This document shows positions 26,701-38,700 of a stretch of DNA of 64,000 bases, piece by piece. The notes beneath the pieces were generated by a model, which had not been told where the DNA came from, did no database searches, and worked only from the letters and a program-made list of their open reading frames with translations. Position numbers and translations under genes: made by a program. The stretch covers positions 12,028,001 through 12,092,000 of the forward strand of contig OZ320316.1 of assembly GCA_976226885.1 (NCBI GenBank), given 5' to 3'. Source of the stretch: Iphione sp. A-MEVVRFRX5. Its lineage: Eukaryota. Positions within the stretch are counted from its first letter, which is position 1; each line of letters begins with the position of its first letter.

Positions 26701-29700
26701 GTCTGAGAGCAAGGAACAGCAGGAGGCTGACTCCGATGAATAGGGTGTAAAGTTTGGGCATCAATCAAGATATTAAGACCTACTGACTTGAGTCATTTCA
26801 TAAGAAAACAAAACATATATAAACTGACTTACAGTGGAGTATGAGAGCCAGGAGCAGTCCGAGGCTGACCCCAGTGATGATGGGGATGAGGGTGGTGTTG
26901 AATATGGGGAGCCACCAAATTGAGGCATTTCCACCCCGAGACCTGGGTCAATCTTGGGTGGGATGTTAAATGTTATAGTTCGAGGTTTTTTCCTTCTCAG
27001 CTCCCTCCGCCGCTCCTCTGAGGAAAATAACGAAACGTTTATAAGTTACTGTTCAAGTAAATCAAATCCAATAGACAGGGGCAGTCAGGGGGTACCCAAT
27101 AATATATCACCAAGAATTAAAACATGCATAACGCTTAAAGAAGGGATAGATGATGCTTCACCAAGAATTGTGTCCTGGATAGCGCTTCACCAGTAATAGT
27201 TTGATAATGCTTGGCAGATAATTCAGAAGGCAAATAACGCTGAGTGGTGAAATAAATCATCAAATAACGCTTCACCAAAATAGTTGACCCTCCTGTTTAT
27301 AGGAACTGAAACTTTATTGTCCAATAGATGATGTGAAAATGATGCACATGAATTAAATATCTCTATATGTATCGAATAGCGGAATAAAACTGTGTTCAAA
27401 AATCAGAGGCAGGTATGGTGTAACGCAACTTTAGAAAACAATACACCTGTCAAATATCATCCCAAATTACCCATAGCTGCCCTTCCCTGAGTAGCATTTT
27501 AACAAACTCAATCCAAAATTTGAAGATATCAAAAATAACAGTTGCTTTACAATGGGAAGTGGAGGGGTCAACTTACTTGGCGTCATCTTTTTACGTTTAA
27601 CGTTCTCTGGGGCCTTCTCCTCTTCCCCAAGGTCATGTTTGGTGACCTCGGCGCTCAAGGTCAAATCAATTAGAGCAAGGTCACGTGCTGTACTCCTGGG
27701 AGAGTCGTAGATCTCTGAGGGTGCATGGTCGGGCTTTGCCTCCTCCTCCATATTTGGTAGGGGGTCCTGCTGAAAGTGGGGAGGGAGGGGGACACAATTA
27801 GCCATGTTAATACAGGGGCGGCTGGTGATGACTGTACAAATTCTGATACAGTGTCTTCAAAATTCTAACAAATACTATCAAAATACAACTTTAAGCAATG
27901 AAATGAGGTAATTGTACTCCTGTAGTCATACAAGAAGTTCTTACAGAATGACCTTTATCTTAACGATCAATTTAGTATTTTCTTTTAAGAACATTTATTA
28001 CTTTTAGTAAAATAGGTTGTGAGACTTTATTTAACTCAAAATATTGAGTCCTAGCCTAAATGGAGAGCTAAACAAATTTAAGAAAGCTTATCGAAGAGGT
28101 ACTATGATTTGACAGATGAGTCTACGAGAAAACTACACCAATTAACCAGTAATGTCTATGGCTCAGAATTACATCAAATATTTAAGAAAATGTAAATCAA
28201 TCTGCCAATCAGACCACAAATTGCTTCTAAGCAAAATCACAAGCATCTACTGCAGTCAAGGAAAAGATTCTATCAAAAAAAAGCACGAATGTCGTTTTTA
28301 AACCTTTGAAAACTCAGTAATTATGTAAGCACCAAAATGCGTGGCAAATGTCCTTCGACCTGAAGTACGTGTTTACTCCAACATTCAAAGCACCGAAGGC
28401 TGGTTATCAAAATAAAATATTTCAATTTTTTCCAAAGAATGTAACACATTTAAAGCTGCATATCAAAGGAGCGATAGCCCTTCAAAATGAAAAGTCACAC
28501 AATTCTTTCACATATTTACCTCCATACTACTAAAATCACTCCATTTATTCAAAGATCAATGAAGAACAAACAACACCAATGATAATTTATCCAATGTAAA
28601 TTTCGAGAGAAGAATTCTCTAATGTGTAATCTCAGTTACCTGTCATGTCCACAGCTTGTATTAATTAGTACTGAGTCCCACATTATATGGACTACTTTGT
28701 ATCATAATAAAATGTGTAGTACCCAGATTCACTAGATTCTTTGCTGACCTGTTTTTCCACAATATGGAGGCCCCATACTTGTACAGTTGATACCCACAGG
28801 ATCTATTTACCATACAATAAGGGCCCCATCCTTGCATATTGGATTCTCCCATCTTATTTTCCATACTCTGAGGGATGGCTGTACAAAACATTTCCTTTGG
28901 TCATAGGATGAGAATAGATACATCGGGAATTCTGAATAAATGGAGCAATTTTCTAACCATCATGAGTCAAGTGCCATGAAAACTACAGAAGAATAATCTC
29001 AAATCAGATCAGTTTTAGTATCCGACATATCATATTAATTTCGCAAAGAGTTATTTCTGAAAAGATTTGAGACATCCTCTAACTAAAGAAAAGCTATTCT
29101 TAGAGTAAAAACCCCATGCGCACTAGTGCATTGTCCAGCAGAATATCATAAACTTTGGTCTTGTCCTGAAACATAAATAAACCACCGGATTAAGAAACAC
29201 ATGTATAGCACCAGCAACCACCTCTGGTAAGCATGCCCATATATGTATATGTATATATATTGATACAACATCCAGGCACCTAAGTGAATCTTTACCTGCA
29301 TGTCCAAGAAGAGAGAGGGCCCAGTCTTATGGGGCTATTTCTTATAAATAAAAGGGAAACATGTCAAGGGAAAGGTTGCTTTGTACATGTCAATGACTTA
29401 ATAACTAGACACAAATAGAATAAACAGTCTCATCATTCAGCCCCACTCTTTATAAATAATTAGGATCTCAAATCTTCAGTAGGATCCCTCCAATCAGGAG
29501 AGCAAAGGGACTGAGCCAACAGTATCAATAATGGCAGGAGTTCTTACAGTTAAATTAGATCAGCTTAGTTTTTGTTGTTTTCTTTTTTTTACATCAGATT
29601 AGATATACACAACGTTAAAAGGCCAGGCATGTGTAATATAAGATTTGGTTCTATATCTGTCTTTAATAAATATTTTCCAGAATAGGAGTCCTGATTAAGG

Positions 29701-32700
29701 GATTCTACTGTATACAAATTATATGCAAGCCAGATGGAACAATGAAAATAGTCTATGGACTCAGGATCTGCTTATTAGACAGCATAATGTTATATAGTAA
29801 TTTCTGGGGACTGAATATTCTTATATTGGGGTTACACCTGAATTTTTGAAGGTGTTGATATATTTTTGTTCTTATTTATTTTTTCTTTGAAATAAGGTAT
29901 GTTTTCAAATTTCTGAAGAGTACATGCGACCTTGTGGAAAGGCTCTCCTAGCCCCTAACTGTAGCACTAAGAGATTTCTGCACTAACATGCATCTGTATC
30001 CATGTATTTTTTATAGTTATTATATATTGTAACATTCTGTAATATTTGGTAGTGTAATATTGATAAATCATCATGGTAAAAATGTTCAAGATGTGGGCCT
30101 GAGTGCCCAGTATGTTGCATGAACAGTGTTATGGTTAGGGGTGGTGTCCCACCCGGTATTTCCACAGTATTCCTCAGGTATTGCAGAGGAATGATGTTGA
30201 CTATAAAAAGAGCTGATTTGCTGTTGTTGTTGCCATTTGCCTGTTAGCTGTTGATCAATAAACATCAAAACCAGATTTACTCATGGACCTTGTTTGTTTA
30301 ACAATGCTTCAACGGAGTACACGTAACAATATTTATGCCCAAATAACTGACTTTTTCATTTCAAACAATCCATCACAGACTAGAAGAGCATCACAAATCT
30401 GGTTTGTGTGACCATGTTTAAGGTATTTATGTCTCCTTCGTGATAAAAATATAGATGGTGACCTTCAGCCGCTTTTGTGGGTCATTTTAACTTTTAGAAA
30501 CATTATGGGCTGTCACTGCTGAGTGATACCTGTCAAAGGTGGTCACTTGAAGGCACTTCAGTTAGACATCTATATGTTTATTTGTGAGTGTGTGTGTGTT
30601 CGTGTGTGTGTATATGGATTTCCATGGATTCAGTCTATTGAATGCAGCATTATCTGAACATATCTGGCTGTAATTTTGCAGGTTTGGATGAATGTGGTTA
30701 CTAGACTTAATAGTTTTAATCAATAGCCTTCACCAAAGATATCCTAAACATACTTTATGCTGAAGTTTCCTGACAGGGGCTATTATTTTATGAGTTTGTA
30801 CAGTGAAAGTCAAGGTGGTGTCTTCAAATTCAATCTCCACAGCAACAGTGCAAAAATAACAGAAATATGTACTCTGGGGGAATCTTATTCTTTAATTGGA
30901 AAATCAAGGAGTGTCTGAACTCTAGGACTGCACTGATGTGAATAACAGCTTATCATGACTATAGGTCACCAAACAACCACTAAACAAAGAATCGCAGAAT
31001 TCAAACCTTCGCGGATCAAAACTTACCTCTTGCAAGTTTGTTGGTGACTCTACACCAACATACTTGCCGCCTTCGCTGAACTCTTTGGCCAGTGCTGCCT
31101 TGTATGGCACCTGTACAGGTGAGAGAGACATGGAACAATTATGGAATTTCTACAATTCATGTATTTGATGTATTAGGCACAGTGACGAAATAAAATGGAG
31201 AAGGGATGCAGTCATCTTTTATGTTTAGTCAGGACTCGATTTCCGAACAGCAAGTATAAAAAAGAAAAAAGAAAACAAGAATCGACTTTCTGCATGGATT
31301 TTAGTGATCTGATTCGTGTTGTATTAACAGCCAATTAAGGACTCAATAATATCTAAATAACTTCACTTTCAGATTGAAATATCACACAGTGGCGACCATT
31401 TGGACATCGAGTTCTGGTAGCAATACATATGAAATAACACAACTCGATTGGTCCTGTCCAGGCCCCCTCACATTAGTAACAAAGCATCATGGAAAGGCAT
31501 TGATGATCAAACTCCAACAGCTTATATCTCGAAAGAGTTTTTCCCCCAGAAATTTACTCAAAATTACAGTATGAAGGCTTCACCAAAATATGCTCCAGTC
31601 TCTCCTCTCTAAGAAACTGCAGCAGATCATGTATAAGGTGAAAAGTGTATGAAATTGACATATTGCCAGAAGCGGTTACAACAGATCATTTTTTACTATT
31701 TGTGATGTCATAATAGAGAATCCACTAATCAGCTTGAAATTGACATATCGGCAGAAGCTGTTACAACAGATCATTTTTTTACTGTTTGTGATGTCATAAT
31801 AGAGAATCCACTAATCAGCTTGAAAATGACATATCGCCAGAAGCTGTTACAATAGATCGTTTTTTTACTGTTTGTGATGTCATAATAGAGAATCCACTAA
31901 TCAGCTTGAAAATGACATATCGCCAGAAGCTGTTACAACAGATCATTTTTTTACTATTTGTGATGTCATAATAGAGAATCCAACAATCAGCTTGCTTATT
32001 TTCCAGACACTGCCTTAAGAAATGGTAAACATAAGTGTTGTAATGGTGTCACTGACACTTCAGCGATCCGTTAATTCCGTCATCAGTTTTGCGGTAGTGC
32101 ATTTGCCACCTCCCACCCCAACGATTCTTATACATGCTTCACGTTAAAAGCCCAGTGTACATATGAAAGTCTTCAAATGATTGATTAAAAGAGGCAGGTT
32201 GATAAACTCTTTTGTAAGTCGAGTAAGAGTCGACTTGTGTGTGATATAGACATAATTTTTCACCTTCAGAATATTTCAATTGTTACCAAAATTACCCTAT
32301 ATCCATATACGCAAATATCAAATATCAAAATCAGTTTATTGACTGAGAAGTTTTATAGATATAAGACCCATAAGAGTGCAATAGTAGGTCAAACAGCTGG
32401 AAAACAGCATTCGTACGTCTCCCCCCGACCCTCTATGAGGCGGGGGATAAATGCCCTTTTGATACCTAAAATACAGTGCTTGGATAGTTGGATGCCCGTT
32501 ATATTGATTTGACTGTATTTCTTAAACAGAATATTGAGGAAAATAATTGGTTCCCAGCAAAATCACCTGGACTAGGTTTTTTACTGTCTATACCTGCGGT
32601 GACTGTGAAGTGATAACACAACAAATCTGATTGGTTACTGACCAGCTGGGATCACACATCGGTGAGCTCAACACTCTTTCCTAGGTCTGTTGGCATGGAT

Positions 32701-35700
32701 ACTTAGACTTTTACAGCATGTAATAGTTGCTATAAAAAGTGTTATCAAAATGAAACTGATTCATTACTGGCCAGAGAGGATCACATGTTGATAGGCTCAA
32801 CACTCTCTCCAAGGTCTGCCGGCATGGATACATTTTTTTTTTTTTTTATTTCTTTGAAACAGCTGACCGACACTCAGCCATAAGGCTGGTTTACAGCCGG
32901 GGCTGTGAAATACATTGAAAAGATTGGTCCAGCAGCTAAATACGCTTATATGGTTGAATCCATAGGGAGAGTACACTCAACATGTTATATTATCTTGTCT
33001 AACCAGGCCAAATAATTATGATCTATACATGCCAAATAATTATAATCTATACATGTCGCCTTATGCTCTATTGATATAGTGTTAAATACAGTGTGCAAGG
33101 TACAGTGGTGTCATATATAAATTACTTGAGATCAAGTTCTTTGAGTCTCCATTGTCTCATGATGTCATGTTTGAAACTTTGCATAATGTTGTGTGTATCA
33201 TAGTGTATTGCATGTATATGGGCTTTGTTCCATTGTGTTATGATTCTGTTATGGGTTGTCTTGCCTATGTGTGTTGTATGTGAGTTGTTCGGTAGTTGAA
33301 ACTTGTCTGCATAGTTGTCTCTGAGGTTGTAGGCATTGTTTTGGGGTATGAAGTGTTCTTGTATGTAGGATGGGTGTATTTGAAGAAAAGCCTTATATCC
33401 TTGTAATATTAAGTGAAAATTGATTCTCTCAGTTACTGTCATCATGTTGGCTTGTTCATGTGCGATAGTCGTTGAGGTTAATCTATCAAGTTGCAGGGCT
33501 CTTTTAATTCCTCTGTTCTGCAGTCTTTGTATTTGCTTGATGTATAAGTTTGGTACAGTGGCCCATACGATGTCCAGGTAATCGATGTGTGGTAAAGCTA
33601 GTAATTTGTACAGTATTAGTTTAGTGGAGTTGTCTATGTACTTGTTCACTATACTCAGTGCACTTAGGGTGGTGTTTAATTTTCTTGTGATATGGGCTAC
33701 ATGTTGTTTCATGGTTAAGTCCTGGTCAAGATGTAGTCCTAGATATTTATATGTTTGAGTTTGGGTGAGTGTGTTACCAGCTAGTTTTACAGTGGTGTCT
33801 TGTCTGGTTTTACCTATATCTCTTGTTGTCCCAAATACCATGTATTGTGTCTTCTGAATATTTAGTGCAAGTTTGTGGTGTGTAAGCCAATTGTGTACTT
33901 TTTGAATAGTATCCTGTGCTTTGTCAACAGCTCTATGTATTGATTTGTCCGAGCAAAGTATTACGGTGTCATCCGCATATATTGCATATTCATGTGGCTT
34001 AATAAACTGAGTTATGTTGTTTATGTATAGTGTGAAGAGGATGGGGCCAAGTACTGACCCTTGGGGTACTCCCGTGTTTATTTTCAATGTTGACGATTCT
34101 TGTCCATTAACTCATGTTCTTTGGTGTCTATCGTTTAGGTAATTTTTCATTAGTCCTAGTGCGGGTCCTTTTATTCCTATTTGAATTAATTTCTGCAGTA
34201 GTAGTTGATGTGACACTGTATCAAAAGCTTTGGAAATATCGAGGAAAGTGGCTATTGTATATAATTTGTCGTTGTTATTGTTTCTGATAGTGTCAACAAT
34301 GTGTTGTGCCATAGTAAGTGTAGAGTAACCAGTCCTGTATCCTCCCTGTTTGTCGTCTAGCAGAGAGTTTCTATTTATGTAAGTCATTAATCTTGTGTGA
34401 ATGATTTTTTCTAAGAGTTTATGTGTGAAAGGCAGTACTGATATGGGCCTGTAATTAGTCGGTGATGTTTTGTTGCCCCCTTTATGGAGTGGGGTTATTG
34501 TGGCAGTTTTCCAGGTTTGGGGGATATGTGAATTGAGTAGGATCTTGTTAATAATATATGTTAGTGGTGATGCTATGACGGGTGTTAGTAGTTTGATGTG
34601 ATCCATGCGTATGTTTGAGAATCCTGATGGTTTGGATGTTGAAAAAGTTTTGAGAATAGACACAATTTCTTCTTCGGATGTCAGGTCAAAGTGTTCCAGT
34701 GTGTCATGTACAACCGGTATATCATATATAGCATCGGATGAGGGAAGCGCTTCTTGGATTTGTGTGCCAATGTTTGTGAAGTGTCTATTTAAGATTTCAG
34801 CTATCTCTTGACTGTCAGTTGACTCAGTGCTATTGTGTATTATTTTGTTAATTGTATTGTCATCACTTTTCTTGCTTGGAAGTAGTGCTCTTAGTTCTTT
34901 CCAGTATTTTGCGGGATCAAGTCTATATCCTTGCAGTTTTGAGGTGATATATGTTCTCTTGGCAGTCCTGATTTTAGAGTTGTGCATGGACTTATACAGC
35001 ATGTAATACAGTCAAGACTCTATTTGGGACCACCACTCGTGACCAAGCTAAAAAGGTTGCATTGGTAAATTTGGTTGCAAATCAATAATTGTTAATCTAG
35101 AACTCAATACTTTTGGTCCTATTTAAAACGGCCTGATATTAAATTAATTTCAGTCGCAAATTGGAATGAATGCAAAAAGAGTGTCCACTGTAGTTGCTAC
35201 ATGAAGTGATATCGTAACAAATCTGATTGGTTACTGACCAGGTAGGATTGCATATCAATGGGCTCAACATTCTCTCCTAGGTCTGTCGGCATGGATACAT
35301 GGACTTATGCAGCATTTAATAGTTGCTATACAAAGTGATATAACAAATCTGATTGGTTACTCAATAGGTAGGATTGCATATCAATGGGCTCAACATTCTC
35401 TCCTAGGTCTGTCGGCATGGATACATAGACTTATAAGACATGTAATAGTTGCCATACAAAGTGATATCATAACAAATCTGATTGGTTACTGACCAGGTAG
35501 GATCGCATATCGATGGGCTCCACACTCTCTCCAAGGTCAGTCAGCATGGACACGTCTTCAAACTGGTCTGATTCTGATTAGAAATATAACAAATTCAAAA
35601 TGTTAATTAAAACGTAGTCTCATCAAAATAGATAAGTGTGTGTGAGTCAGCTGTTTGAAAATCATTGCAAAGCTATCTGACCCATCTTTACATTGGGACT

Positions 35701-38700
35701 CCCTACCTCTACCTGTTGGCCCGCTCTATAAAAATAAACTAGCATCTAAATTTCGAATCCATGTTCACTGATGAATTGATCTGAAAGTGATCTCCTATGA
35801 AGTTCTTAGTTCACATGTTAAAATATTGCGCCATCTCTTTATTTGCAGTCTTAATTCTGACAAGACAGAGTAATGATTGACAAAGTGCTTATGCTTGAGG
35901 GAGTATGACAAAACACACCCGTGGAAGATATTTTAAACCTTACCTGCTCCATCGTCGTCAGTGGCGCCCTCCGACGGAACGCTTTGGTTAGACACTAAAA
36001 ACCGAGCCACGAACAAGATTAGGACGTATAAATATCAAGTTGAATATTAATTACTACCTGAAAGGTCATTTGTACATTAAGAGGCGACATCTGAATATCT
36101 ATTCTCCTTTTAATGAATAATTCAAAACCTGTTTTCAAAAATAACCGACAGAGCAAATTTGAAATGAATCACGAATAATACAATGCAAATGAGATACAGT
36201 AGAACGTCAAAAATGGGGACTCCGTTGAAACTAGCAGTTTCGGTCCCCATTTCTGGCCTCCGGCCATTTATGATCCTATACAAATGTTTGTTTTGTCCAA
36301 GTCTGTCCGTATTCCTGATCTATGATTGATTTCCTGTCCCAATGACGACATTCCATGGTACATGGATTTCTTTTTTCGACACGGAAAAAATACATATACT
36401 ACTGGGACATTTGATTGGTTTGAATTGAAACTGGCTTATTTCCTTCTCACAGTATTGATTTTACCAAATACGTCGAGAATCTTCCAGTGAAACTGTTCCA
36501 AACAGGGACAGGGTTTTAACTGATTTTGTTTGATATAGAACTGTGAAAGTATTGATATGTGTGTGTGTCATTGCAAAATGTGATGAGGCTAGTACACAAT
36601 GGGACAGGGTGTTGACTGATTTTAACTGTGAATAGATCTGCGTATGCATTGCTACGTGTGTGTGTATGTTCATGTGTGTGTGTTATCGTAAAATTAAACG
36701 GAACAGTACACAATGGAACAGGGTATTGACTGATTTTAACTGTGAACAGAACTGTGTATGTATTGATAGGTGTGTGTGTGTGTTTGTGTGTGTGTATCAT
36801 AAAATGCAACGAGGCTAGTACACAATGGGACAGGGTATTGACTGATTTTAACTGTAACAAGCGCCTACGGCGCCCGCCGTCTCAGATGGAGGGATAGTAT
36901 TTTACAACCTTCCGTTCTGCTTGACTGGACACAGAGGCGTATTGATACTAAATCTCGTAAATCCACAGGGCCACATATGTCAGCCTCCATGCCGGACTAC
37001 TTTCGGGCAACGTTTTATATAGGTAGTGTAAATAGAACTGTGTATGCATTGCTACATGTGTGTATTTGTGTGTGTGTTATCATAAAATGCAACAAGGCTA
37101 GTACACAATGGGACAGGGTATTGACTGATATCAACTGTAAATAGAACTGTGTATGCATTGATATATGTGTGTGTATGCGTGTGTGTGCATGTGTATGTGT
37201 TGGTTATATAATGTGATGAGGCTAGTACATACAGGACGGGGGCTTAAACATATGCTTGGAATGTCATACAGACATATATACCTGAAACTCTACCAGAGGG
37301 AAAGTCAGAGTGTGGCTAACGCCTGAATACTGCTGCTCCTACCTTTGGCTCTGTCGATGAAGAAGATGTGGTTCTTGAAGGCTATCGTGATGTCGCCATG
37401 GTCGTTGAGGAAGCAGGCGCTGGTAAGGGACTCGTCGAGCTGGAACTCAGCCAGCTGAGTCTTGGACTCATCCCAGATCTTAAGAGCACCGTCCGTACTG
37501 AAAGATGCAGAGGCAGGCTGCTATCAGAAGACATTATAGAAGGACACATTCAGTTGCAACTTAACCATAGTGGTCACATTGGCGAATTTGGAAATTGCAT
37601 TGTATCTTTAACCAGGAATTTATTCACCTATCATCGTGACAGGGTTCTTCCATATCCTCCTGGGGTAGCACATTTCCATCTATTATTGAGAACCGAGAGA
37701 CCAGAATACCCGGGGTTGCCCCCTATTCTTATTTCAAATAGATTTCTGGGGTTGTTTTGTGCATAGGAGGCAGAATCATATACCCCACGGCCTTTTTATG
37801 AGTAGTGGACCACCGACAAAGTGGAAAATGGCTGGTCTTGTTGAACAGCAGATGTCTGTTCAATATAGAAGCTTATCATGGCTTTTGCATGTGATTGCAT
37901 GACGTACCCATAGAAGACCAATCAGGCTCTCAGAGTTGTATACGATTGTGAAAACACCGTCCATATCTGAAAAAATCTATCACTTATAGAAGCCCAGATA
38001 GGTCCTCCTCCTTTTGGGGGCAATGGTGGAATGTTCTCCCGTCTACAAGTGAAACCCGCCTTAGAAGCGTAAGTCAGTGTAATTCACCTGGCTGATAGGA
38101 AGATCCTCAGGCTGTAACATACATCCAGTGAAGTGACTGCTTCCCTGTGACCAGCCTTATCAAAGCCAGCGAAGGTTGCAGTAATGCCCTCACGAAGAGC
38201 TGTTTAGAGCAAAAATAACTTTGAACAGGTTCCTAACATGCTTGGTAGAACAAAGACAGTTTCAGATTCGAGAAGTTCTCTTAAAAGCCAAAGATCACAG
38301 CAGATTTATAACTTCAGTTTTAGGAAGTGTTCTTGAAGCCACAGATAAATTCAGATTTATAACGTGCTATTTAGAACAAAGACAACTTCAATTTCATAAC
38401 ATGCTTTTCACAGCAAAGGTAACTTCATATTCAAGAAGTGGTCTTGAAAGCAAAGATAACTTCAGATTCGGGGGGAATCTCTGAAAGCAAAGATAACTGC
38501 AGACTGGGGAAGTGCTCTTAAACGAAAAGATAACTTCAGAGTCATATGATCTTTAGAGTAAAGATAACTCCAGGGTTGCGAAGTTTCCTTAAAAAGAAAG
38601 ATAAGGTCAGGTTTATAAACTACTGTGCAGAACAAAGATAGGTTCAGGTTAACACAATGCTGTGGCACAAAGATAACTCAAGATTCATAAAATGTGTAAG

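Larger units (their letters stand above)
32610..35545. repeat. ~128-bp minisatellite array split by the LINE (units at 32610-32832 and 35200-35545)
   Basis: AACAAATCTGATTGGTTACT...GGCATGGATACAT unit on both sides of the LINE. Confidence 0.82.

Noticed and set aside
36469-36496. 28-nt exon candidate (FHWKILDVF)
   Set aside because: Including it puts E15 into a frame with an immediate TAA, and its donor (GTAAAA) is weak. It is kept only as a note in the phase-gap finding.
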